From assembly GCA_964016885.1 (NCBI GenBank), contig OZ024742.1, positions 38,936,001 through 39,000,000 on the forward strand: a stretch of DNA of 64,000 nucleotides. The letters are read 5' to 3'. Origin of the DNA: Eledone cirrhosa (taxonomy: Eukaryota). How positions within the stretch are numbered: the stretch's first letter is position 1; each line of letters begins with the position of its first letter. The position numbers and the translations under genes are program-made. Below, one piece after another: positions 18,001 to 31,053 of the stretch. Under the pieces are notes generated by a model that was given only the letters and a program-made list of their open reading frames with translations, had not been told where the DNA came from and did no database searches.

Positions 18001-21000
18001 CTTGCCAACAGCAATCTTATTACCCATCTTGCCAACAACAACCTTATTAACCATCTTGCTAACAACAACCTTATTAACCATCTTGCAAACAACAACCTTA
18101 TTAACCATCTTGCCAACAACAACCTTATTAACCATCTTGCTAACAACAACCTTATTAACCATCTTGCTAACAACAACATTATTAACCATCTTGCTAACAA
18201 CAACCTTATTAACCATCTTGCCAACAACAACCTTATTAACCATCTTGCCAACAACAACCTTATTAACAATCTTGCTAACAACAACCTTATTAACCATCTT
18301 GCTAATAACAACCTTATTAACCATCTTGCCAACAACAACCTTATTAACGATCTTGCTAACAACAAACTTATTAACCATCTTGCAACAACAACCTTATTAA
18401 CCATCTTGCCAACAACAACCTTATTAACCATCTTGCCAACAACAATCTTATTAACCATCTAGCTAACAACAATATTATTAACTATCTTGCCAACAACAAC
18501 CTTATTAACCATCTTGCTAACAACAACCTTATTAACCATCTTGCCCACAACAACCTTATTAACCATCTTGCCAACAACAACCTTATTTACCATCTTGCTA
18601 ACAACAACCTTATTAACCATCTTGCCAACAACAACCTTATTAACCATCTTGCTAACAACAACCTTATTAACCATCTTGGCAACAACAACTTATTAACCAT
18701 CTTGACAACAACAACCTTATTAACCATCTTGCTAACAACAAGCTTATTAACCATCTTGAAAACAACAACCTTATTAACCATCTTGCTAACAACAACCTTA
18801 TTAACCATATTGCTAACAACAACATTATTAACCATCTTGCTAACAACAACCTTATTAACCATCTTGCCAACAACAACCTTATTAACCATCTTGGTAACAA
18901 CAACCTTATTAACCATCTTGCCAACAACAATCTTATTAACCATCTAGCTAACAACAACATTATTAACCATATTGCTAACAACAACATTATTAACCATCTT
19001 GGTAACAACAACCTTATTAACCATCTTGCCAACAACAACCTTATTAACCATCTTGCTAACAACAACCTTATTAACCATATTGCTAACAACAACATTATTA
19101 ACCACTTGCTAACAACAACCTTATTAACCATCTTGCCAACAACAGCATTATTAACCATCTTGCTAACAACAACCTTATTAACCATCTTGCCAACAACAAC
19201 CTTATTAACCATCTTGCCAACAACAGCCTTATTAACCATCTTGCTAACAACAACCTTATTAACCATCTTGCCAACAACAACCTTATTAACCATCTTGCTA
19301 ACAACAACCTTATTAACCATCTTGCCAACAACAACCTTATTAACCATCTTGCTAACAACAACCTTGTTAACCATCTTGCCAACAACAACCTTATTAACCA
19401 TCTTGCCAACAACAACCTTATTAACCATCTTGCCAACAACAACCTTATTAACCATCTTGCTAACAACAACCTTATTAACCATCTTGCCAACAGCAATCTT
19501 ATTACCCATCTTGCCAACAACAACCTTATTAACCATCTTGCTAACAACAACCTTATTAACCATCTTGCAAACAACAACCTTATTAACCATCTTGCCAACA
19601 ACAACCTTATTAACCATCTTGCTAACAACAACCTTATTAACCATCTTGCTAACAACAACATTATTAACCATCTTGCTAACAACAACCTTATTAACCATCT
19701 TGCCAACAACAACCTTATTAACCATCTTGCCAACAACAACCTTATTAACAATCTTGCTAACAACAACCTTATTAACCATCTTGCTAATAACAACCTTATT
19801 AACCATCTTGCCAACAACAACCTTATTAACCATCTTGCTAACAACAAACTTATTAACCATCTTGCAACAACAACCTTATTAACCATCTTGCCAACAACAA
19901 CCTTATTAACCATCTTGCCAACAACAATCTTATTAACCATCTAGCTAACAACAACATTATTAACCATCTTGCCAACAACAACCTTATTAACCATCTTGCT
20001 AACAACAACCTTATTAACCATCTTGCCCACAACAACCTTATTAACCATCTTGCCAACAACAACCTTATTTACCATCTTGCTAACAACAACCTTATTAACC
20101 ATCTTGCCAACAACAACCTTATTAACCATCTTGCTAACCACAACCTTATTAACCATCTTGGCAACAACAACTTATTAACCATCTTGACAACAACAACCTT
20201 ATTAACCATCTTGCTAACAACAACCTTATTAACCATCTTGAAAACAACAACCTTATTAACCATCTTGCTAACAACAACCTTATTAACCATATTGCTAACA
20301 ACAACATTATTAACCATCTTGCTAACAACAACCTTATTAACCATCTTGCCAACAACAACCTTATTAACCATCTTGGTAACAACAACCTTATTAACCATCT
20401 TGCCAACAACAATCTTATTAACCATCTAGCTAACAACAACATTATTAACCATATTGCTAACAACAACATTATTAACCATCTTGGTAACAACAACCTTATT
20501 AACCATCTTGCCAACAACAACCTTATTAACCATCTTGCTAACAACAACCTTATTAACCATATTGCTAACAACAACATTATTAACCATCTTGCTAACAACA
20601 ACCTTATTAACCATCTTGCCAACAACAACATTATTAACCATCTTGCTAACAACAACCTTATTAACCATCTTGCCAACAACAACCTTATTAACCATCTTGC
20701 CAACAACAGCCTTATTAACCATCTTGCTAACAACAACCTTATTAACCATCTTGCCAACAACAACCTTATTAACCATCTTGCTAACAACAACCTTATTAAC
20801 CATCTTGCCAACAACAACCTTATTAACCATCTTGCTAACAACAACCTTATTAACCATCTTGCCAACAACAACGTTATTAACCATCTTGCTAACAACAACC
20901 TTATTAACCATCTTTCTAACAACAACTTTATTAACCATCTTGCCAACAACAACCTTATTAACCATCTTGCTAACAACAACCTTATTAACCATCTTGCCAA

Positions 21001-24000
21001 CAACAACCTTATTAACCATCTTTCTAACAACAACTTTATTAACCATCTTGCTAACAACAACCTTATTAACCATCTTGCCAACAACAACCTTATTAACCAT
21101 CTTGCCAACAACAACCTTATTAACCATCTTGCTAACTACAACCTTATTAACCATCTTGCCAACAACAGCCTTATTAACCATCTTGCTAACAACAACGTTA
21201 TTAACCATCTTGCCAACAACAACCTTATTAACCATCTTGCTAACAACAACCTTATTAACCATCTTTCTAACAACAACTTTATTAACCATCTTGCCAACAA
21301 CAACTTTATTAACCATCTTGCTAACAACAACCTTATTAACCATCTTGCCAACAACAAACTTATTAACCATCTTGCTAACAACAACCTTATTAACCATTTT
21401 GCTAACAACAACCTTATTAACCATCTTGCCAACAACAACCTTATTAACCATCTTGACAACAACAACCTTATTAACCATCTTGCTAACAACAACCTTATTA
21501 ACCTTCTTTCTAACAACAACTTTATTAACCATCTTGCTAACAACAACCTTATTAACCATCTTGCCAACAACAACCTTATTAACCATCTTGCCAACAACAA
21601 CCTTATTAACCATCTTGACAATAACAACCTTATTAACCATCTTTCTAACAACAACATTATTAACCATCTTGCTAACAACAACCTTATTAACCATCTTGCC
21701 AACAACAACCTTATTAACCATCTTGCCAACAACAACCTTATTAACCATCTTGCTAACAACAACCTTATTAACCATCTTGCCAACAACAACCTTATTAACC
21801 ATCTTGCTAACAACAACCTTATTAACCATCTTGCTAACAACAACCTTATTAACCATCTTGCCAACAACAACCTTATTAACCATCTTGCCAACAACAACCT
21901 TATTAACCATCTTGCCAACAACAACCTTATTAACCATCTTGCTAACAACAACCTTATTAACCATCTTGCCAACAACAACCTTATTAACCATCTTGCCAAC
22001 AACCTTATTAACCATCTTGCCAACAACAGCCTTATTAACCATCTTGCTAACAATAACCTTATTAACCATCTTGCCAACAACAACCTTATTAACCATCTTG
22101 CTAACAACAACCTTATTAACCATCTTGCCAACAACAACCTTATTAACCATCTTGCTAACAACAACCTTATTAACCATCTTGCCAACAACAAGCTTATTAA
22201 CCATCTTGCTAACAACAACCTTATTAACCATCTTGCCAACAACAACCTTATTTACCATCTTGCCAACAACAACCTTATTAACCATCTTGCCAACAACAAC
22301 CTTATTAACCATCTTGCTAACAACAACCTTATTAACCATTTTGCCAACAACAACCTTATTAACCATCTTGCCAACAACAACCTTATTAACCATCTTGCTA
22401 ACAACAACCTTATTAACCATCTTGCAAACAAGAACCTTATTAACCATCTTGCTAACAACAACCTTATTAACCATCTTGCTAACAACAACCTTATTAACCA
22501 TCTTGCTAACAACAACCTTATTAACCATCTTGCTAACAACAACCTCATTAACCATCTTGCTAATAACAACCTTATTAACCATCTTGCCAACAACAACCTT
22601 ATTAACCATCTTGCTAACAACAAACTTATTAACCATCTTGCAACAACAACCTTATTAACCATCTTGCCAACAACAACCTTATTAACCATCTTGCTAACAA
22701 CAACCTTATTAACCATCTTTCTAACAACAACTTTATTAACCATCTTGCTAACAACAACCTTATTAACCATCTTGCCAACAACAACCTTATTAACCATCTT
22801 GCTAACAACAACCTTATTAACCATCTTGCTAACAACAACCTTATTAACCATCTTGCCAACAACAACCTTATTAACCATCTTGCTAACAACAACCTTATTA
22901 ACCATCTTGCCAACAACAACCTTATTAACCATCTTGCTAACAACAACCTTATTAACTATCTTGCTAACAACAACCTTATTAACCATCTTGCCAACAACAG
23001 CCTTATTAACCATCTTGCTAACAACAACCTTATTAACCATCTTGCCAACAACAACCTTATTAACCATCTTGCTAACAACAACCTTATTAACCATCTTGCC
23101 AACAACAACGTTATTAACCATCTAGCCAACAACAACCTTATTAACCATCTTGCCAACAACAACCTTATTAACCATCTTGCTAATAACAACCTTATTAACC
23201 ATCTTGCCAACAACAACCTTATTAACCATCTTTCTAACAACAACTTTATTAACCATCTTGCTAACAACAACCTTATTAAGCATCTTGCCAACAACAACCT
23301 TATTAACCATCTTGCCAACAACAACCTTATTAACCATCTTGCTAACTACAACCTTATTAACCATCTTGCCAACAACAGCCTTATTAACCATCTTGCTAAC
23401 AACAACGTTATTAACCATCTTGCCAACAACAACCTTATTAACCATCTTGCCAACAACAACCTTATTAACCATCTTGCTAACAACAACCTTATTAACCATC
23501 TTTCTAACAACAACTTTATTAACCATCTTGCCAACAGCAACCTTATTAACCATCTTGCTAACAACAACCTTATTAACCATCTTGCCAACAACAACCTTAT
23601 TAACCATCTTGCTAACAACAACCTTCTTAACCATCTTTCTAACAACAACTTTATGAACCATCTTGCAACAACAACCTTATTAACCATCTTGCCAACAACA
23701 ACCTTATTAACCATCTTGCTAACAACAACCTTATTAACCATCTTTCTAACAACAACTTTATTAACCATCTTGCTAACAACAACCTTATTAACCATCTTGC
23801 CAACAACAACCTTATTAACCATCTTGCTAACAACAACCTTATTAACCATCTTGCTAACAACAACCTTATTAACCATCTTGCCAACAACAACCTTATTAAC
23901 CATCTTGCTAACAACAACCTTATTAACCATCTTGCCAACAACAACCTTATTAACCATCTTGCTAACAACAACCTTATTAACTATCTTGCTAACAACAACC

Positions 24001-25648
24001 TTATTAACCATCTTGCCAACAACAACAACCTTATTAACCATCTTGCCAACAACAACCTTATTATCCATCTTGCTAACTACAACCTTATTAACCATCTTTC
24101 CAACAACAACCTTATTAACCATCTTGCTAACAACAACCTTATTAACCATCTTGCCAACAACAACGTTATTAACCATCTAGCCAACAACAACGTTATTAAC
24201 CATCTTGCCAACAACAACCTTATTAACCATCTTGCTAACAACAACCTTATTAACCATCTTGCCAACAACAACCTTATTAACCATCTTTGTAACAACAACT
24301 TTATTAACCATCTTGCTAACAACAACCTTATTAAGCATCTTGCCAACAACAACCTTATTAACCATCTTGCCAACAACAACCTTATTAACCATCTTGCTAA
24401 CTACAACCTTATTAACCATCTTGCCAACAACAGCCTTATTAACCATCTTGCTAACAACAACGTTATTAACCATCTTGCCAACAACAACCTTATTAACCAT
24501 CTTGCCAACAACAACCTTATTAACCATCTTGCTAACAACAATCTTATTAACCATCTTTCTAACAACAACTTTATTAACCATCTTGCCAACAGCAACCTTA
24601 TTAACCATCTTGCTAACAACAACCTTATTAACCATCTTGCCAACAACAACCTTATTAACCATCTTGCTAACAACAACCTTATTAACCATCTTTCTAACAA
24701 CAACTTTATGAACCATCTTGCCAACAACAACCTTATTAACCATCTTGCTAACAACAACCTTATTAACCATCTTGCCAACAACAACCTTATTAACCATCTT
24801 GCTAACAACAACCTTATTAACCATCTTGCTAACAACAACCTTATTAACCATCTTGCCAACAACAACCTTATTAACCATCTTGCTAACAACAACCTTATTA
24901 ACCATCTTGCTAACAACAACATTATTAACCATCTTGCCAACAACAACCTTATTAACCATCTTGCAACAACAACCTTATTAACCATCTTGCCAACAACAAC
25001 CTTATTAACCATCTTGCTAACAACAACCTTATTAACCATCTTGACAACAACAACCTTATTAACCATCTTGCTATCAACATCCTTATTAACCATCTTGCCA
25101 ACAACAACTTTATTAACCATCTTGCCAACAACAACCTTATTAACCATCTTGCTAACAACAACCTTATGAACCATCTTGCCAACAACAACCTTATTAACCA
25201 TCTTGCTAACAACAACCTTATTAACCATCTTGCTAACAACAACCTTATTAACCATCTTGCCAACAACAACCTTATTAACCATCTTGACAACAACAACCTT
25301 ATTAACCATCTTCCCAAAAACAACCTTATTAACCTTCTAGCTAACAACAACCTTATTAACCATCTTGCTAACAACAACCTTATTAACCATCTTGCCAACA
25401 ACAACCTTATTAACCATCTTGCTAACAACAACCTTATTAACCATCTTGACAACAACAACCTTATTAACCATCTTGACAACAACAACCTTATTAACCATCT
25501 TCCCAACAACAACCTTATTAACCATCTTGCTAACAACAACCTTATTAACCATCTTGCCAACAACAACCTTATTAACCATCTTGCTAACAAAACCTTATTA
25601 ACCATCTTGCCAACAACAACCTTATTAACCATCTTGACAACAACAACC
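1..25648. repeat. 27-bp minisatellite array (consensus AACAACAACCTTATTAACCATCTTGCY), roughly 950 units, open at the left window edge
   Basis: Uninterrupted tandem 27-mers with GCC/GCT dimorphism and occasional 24-, 26- and 30-bp indel units. It ends at ...GACAACAACAACC|CTGAGCAC. All long ORFs here are translations of the repeat. Confidence 0.99.
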
Positions 25649-27641
25649 CTGAGCACCTTTTTGATCTCCATGTGTCTAACACACGTGGACATGCCCACAA
25701 AGTCAGATAACAGCACAGTGACCTTGACTTTCGGGAACATTTTTTCACGCCCAGAGTTGCTGAAGCATGGAACAAACTACCTGCATCAGTTGTTAGCTGT
25801 CGAGACACTGCATCATTTAATACCTCCATGGAACAAACTACCTGCATCAGTTGTTAGCTGTCGAGACACCGCATCCTTTAAAACCTCCATGGAACCAACT
25901 ACCTGCATCAGTTGTTAGCTGTCGAGACACTGCATCCTTTAAAACCTCCATGGAACAAACTATCTGCATCAGTTGTTAGCTGTCGAGACACTGCATCCTT
26001 TAAAACCTCCATGGAACAAACTACCTGCAGCAGTTGTTAGCTGTTGAGACACTGCATCCTTTAATACCTCCATGGAACAAACTAGCTGCATCAGTTGTTA
26101 GCTGTCGAGACACCGCATCCTTTAAAACCTCCATGGAACAAACTACCTGCATCAGTTGTTAGCTGTCGAGACACTGCATCCCTTAAAACCTCCATGGAAC
26201 AAACTACCTGCATCAGTTGTTAGCTGTCGAGACACTGCATCCTTTAATACCTCCATGGAACAAACTACCTGCATCAGTTGTTAGCTGTCGAGACACTGCA
26301 TCCTTTAAAACCTCCATGGAACAAACTACCTGCATCAGTTGTTAGCTGTCGAGACACTGCATCCTTTAATACCTCCATGGAACAAACTACCTGCATTAGT
26401 TGTTAGCTGTCGAGACACTGCATCCTTTAAAACCTCCATGGAACAAACTACCTGCATCAGTTGTTAGCTGTCGAGACACTGCATCCTTTAAAACCTCAAT
26501 GGAACAAACTACCTGCATCAGTTGTTAGCTGTCGAGACACTGCATCCTTTAATACCTCCATGGAACAAACTACCTGCATCAGTTGTTAGCTGTCGAGACA
26601 CTGCATCCTTTAAAACCTTCATGGAACAAACTACCTGCATCAGTTGTTAGCTGTCGAGACACTGCATCCTTTAAAACCTCCATGGAACAAACTACCTGCA
26701 GAAGTTGTTAGCTGTCGAGACACTACACCCTTTAATACCTCCATGGAACAAACTACCTGCATCAGTTGTTAGCTGTCGAGACACTGCATCCTTTAAAACC
26801 TCCATGGAAAAAACTACCTGCAGCAGTTGTTAGCTGTCGAGACACTGCATCCTTCAAAATCTCCATGGAACAAACTACCTGCATCAGTTGTTAGCTGTCG
26901 AGACACTGCATCCTTTAATACCTCCATGGAACAAACTACCTGCATCAGTTGTTAGCTGTCGAGACACTGCATCCTTTAAAACCTCCATGGAACAAACTAC
27001 CTGCAGCAGTTGTTAGCTGTCGAGACACTGCATCCTTTAAAACCTCCATGGAACAAACTACCTGCATCAGTTGTTAGCTGTCGAGACACTGCATCCCTTA
27101 AAACCTCCATGGAACAAACTACATGAATCAGTTGTTAGCTGTCGAGACACTGCATCCTTTAATACCTCCATGGAACAAACTACCTGCATCAGTTGTTAGC
27201 TGTCGAGACACTGCATCCTTTAAAACCTCCATGGAACAAACTACCTGCATCAGTTGTTAGCTGTCGAGACACCGCATCCTTTAAAACCTCCATGGAACAA
27301 ACTACCTGCATCAGTTGTTATCTGTCGAGTCACTGCATCCTTTAAAACCTCCATGGAACAAACTACCTGCATCAGTTGTTAGCTGTCGAGACACTGCATC
27401 CTTTAAAACCTCCATGGAACAAACTACCTGCATCAGTTGTTAGCTGTCGAGACACTGCATCCTTTAAAACCTCCATGCTTCCTGAAAGTTGTCAACACTA
27501 CACCTGATATCCCCTCTCCATACACACATGCATATCATGACTCATACACTGTTCACTTTCCTGACATATATACTACACATGCACTTTTGACGAGTTGTAG
27601 TGCACGTGAGCACTGTACACAATAATTTCATAATTATTATT
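25621..27641 (+). mobile_element. 3' end of a CR1/L2-group LINE (ORF2 C-terminus, 3' UTR, short (ATT)n tail) containing the 61-bp array
   Basis: Frame from 25621 reads LINHLDNNNPEHLFDLHVSNTRGHAHKVR*QHSDLDFREHFFTPRVAEAWNKLPASVVSCRDTASF, matching the CR1 ORF2 end motif TRGH..K....R..FF..RV...WN.LP..VV.....SFK. After the array it resumes MLPESCQHYT* (TGA 27505-27507). Premature TAA at 25708. Confidence 0.88.
25766..27477. repeat. 61-bp minisatellite, 28 units (CATGGAACAAACTACCTGCATCAGTTGTTAGCTGTCGAGACACTGCATCCTTTAAAACCTC)
   Basis: First CATG at 25766, last at 27474; 1708 bp = 28 x 61, with only scattered substitutions. Confidence 0.98.
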
Positions 27642-28337
27642 AAATTGCAAATAATTCGTATGGAAATTATGTTCATAATATTTGTCAACAATACATGTAA
27701 TAGCGATGGTAATATTAAATGTTATAGAAATACGGTAAAATATAATACTAAACGAATTAGTAATCAACAACATTATTATAATGCATTAATATTTTATCTA
27801 TAACTGAAACGATTAAATCATACTTGTGTAATTAATTTTTTTAAAATTAAGTTTAGAAGTTTATTATTAATTTAAAATAATTATTTAGATAGAAAGAGGA
27901 TATACATTTACAATGTACAGGGCTATTAGTAGAATATTACTTTATATACAATTTTATATTTTAATCATAATATAAAGAATAATATACGATTAATTATGGA
28001 TTAGAGGGAAGCCAAGATGACTTTAATAGACGTTTGTTAATAATATATATATTCGGGTTATTATTATACAGAGAAAAAACAAGGAAAAGAAAATATAGGA
28101 AAATATAAAGAGAAAAGAAAAAATAGCTGAGTAAATTAATAGTCTGGAAATTCAATTTGCTGATTATTTCGTAAAATTACTCTAATGAAATATAAATGTA
28201 TATACTTTTAATGTATATAGTTATAGGCTATCATACATACTCTTTGTTTTACTTAAGAAAGCCTTTAATTACAATATGTGAAAAAAATGAAAGAAGGAAG
28301 CAAGGTGAAGTGTTAGAAGTTATACATAATAGAATAA

Positions 28338-29000
<663 letters not shown>

Positions 29001-29433
29001 TTATAAATTATATCTATATATGTTTTTAATTATAAAAAGAATATATATTGATTTATTAAGAACTTTGGCTTACTCATTATTATTGATAATAATTTCAAAA
29101 CAGTAAATTTCTTAGATGTAACAATAGAACCTGAAACAAAACTTGATTAGAAACCAAAGACTCCGTTTCTGTAATGAAGTTAGGCTACATAGGAGTAATG
29201 GGAGCAAGTCAGATTATAACTACCATGGTCATATGAGAAATTTATTTTCTGAAACATATACTTCATATGATAGAATTTTTAGTGATTTAAATACTGTAAC
29301 CAACTCTAAATTTGTGAATTAAATTGATTAAAATTTAATGTTAGATATTATAAAAAACAAATTTAGCCCAAGTTTAGCCTAAATTGAACATAATAATTAG
29401 GTTGATCATAAATCATAATTAGGTTGATCATAA

Positions 29434-29500
<67 letters not shown>

Positions 29501-29908
29501 ATATATATATATATAAACGAAATGCCTAAGGATTATTTGTTACAAACACAATTTTTTCAGGGCGAGAGATGAAATCGTTATTGATACGGCATGTATAGGA
29601 AATCTTGTACCCTACTGTATGTTTCAGTTTAAATATATAAAATATTTGTGCTAAAATCTACCCTCGTAATTTTAGACGCAGAATATGCTGTGTTTATTTC
29701 TACATGCTCAGTATTTATACTTTGAGCTTGTTAATTGCAGGGTATCAATATGAGTTAATAACTCTATATTTTATTTGTATATATATATATAGATAGAGAG
29801 AGTAAAATGACTTCTGCAGGATTAGAGCTATTTCATAAATATGCTTATTCTCTACTATCGTATTGAGTATTGAACTGTTTTCTCCCCGATCCCCTTCGGA
29901 ATACCATC

Positions 29909-29958
<50 letters not shown>

Positions 29959-30039
29959 CTCAATATTATCAGAGGGAAACTGAATGCAATCACCTCCGTC
30001 ATTCTCTATACAATGACTTCCATCCACTAGGTTTATATC

Positions 30040-30200
30040 GTTCCCAATATAAGAACAAGGCCAGCAAAGTAGTAAAGAGGGTAAAGTCAATTAAATCGAC
30101 CTCAATACTTGACTGGTACTTTATATTATTGACCTTGGAAGGATGAAAGGCAAAGTTGACCGTGGAGAGATTTAAACTAAAGCCAATGCAAACCAGAATT
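30040..30200 (-). mobile_element. Diverged tRNA-derived SINE fragment (Nin-like core)
   Basis: CTGGTACTTTATATTATTGACC..GGATGAAAGGCAAAGTTGACC motif, shared with copies at 40.4, 42.6, 57.4 and 62 kb. Confidence 0.65.
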
Positions 30201-31053
30201 CTAAGTTCTTGGCACTATATTGACATCGGGCCTATTTCTGCAGCTAATGCGGTTTCACGCGAATTTGCGCCAGTGAAATACCACTACTTCCATAGTCTCG
30301 TCAACACAGGATTTTCTGTATAGGCGGGGGCAGTCATAGTTTCCCAGTCATGTGCGCTGGTGTTTACTATGTCAAAGCAGCAAGTGCCTGAGGGTGGGGG
30401 TTTAGGTCTTGCCTTTTGCTGGAGGATTGAAAAGTCCCCTACGTGTACAGGAGAGGTTGTAAACTTGAAGGGCTGATTAAGGTGAGGATTTCACAAGACG
30501 AAGCAATCATGTATGTATGTATGTATGTATGTATGTATGTATGTATGTATGTATGTATGTTCTTCTGGTTTTATAATTTCACAAATTTTTTCCCAATAGA
30601 ATTTACACAACATCAACTAGGTAGATATGTATGTATGCATGCATGTGTAGATATGGATGTTATTGTATGTGTGGATGTGTATATTTTGAGTTGTATGTGC
30701 ATGTGTATATGCTTTGTATCTGTACATGTGTATATGCAGGATTGTACTTGTAGTTTCCTAACTAGTTGTGTTCTTTCTGTTCCTGTGAAGCCTAGCTTCT
30801 CAAGATTTGTATTGAGGCAGTTACTAACATATCCCAGTGCCCCAATAATCACAGGCATAAATCTGAAGGTGTAATCAGGGTGGAGTATCTACAGATTTCT
30901 CATCAGTTCTGCATAAATATTCTCCTTTTCACTAATCTTTGATATTATATTGACATCTGCTGGGAAGCTAATTTCCACTACTGTGCATGTTTTCTTCTCC
31001 CTGTCCCATATCATAATATCTGGTCTGTTATGCCTGCATTTTATTGGGGTTTA

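Noticed and set aside
19-25601. Long ORFs (TTTLLTIL, MVNKVVV, LLARWLIR, NHLANNNLI repeats) as real proteins
   Set aside because: They are by-products of a 27-bp unit lacking stops in several frames on both strands. Frameshifting 26-bp units recur every 1-3 kb and there are no non-repetitive domains.
1-25648. Telomeric repeat (C/A-rich strand containing TAACC)
   Set aside because: Only one TAACC per 27-mer and no tandem TTAGG or TTAGGG; the unit is explained by LINE origin.
25766-27477. CRISPR array
   Set aside because: Head-to-tail repeats with no unique spacers, no cas genes and a eukaryotic context. The same applies to 54704-54889.
29150-29215. Minus-strand GAAAC-GGA-GUC as a hammerhead 3' half
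   Set aside because: No matching CUGANGA box or stem I found.
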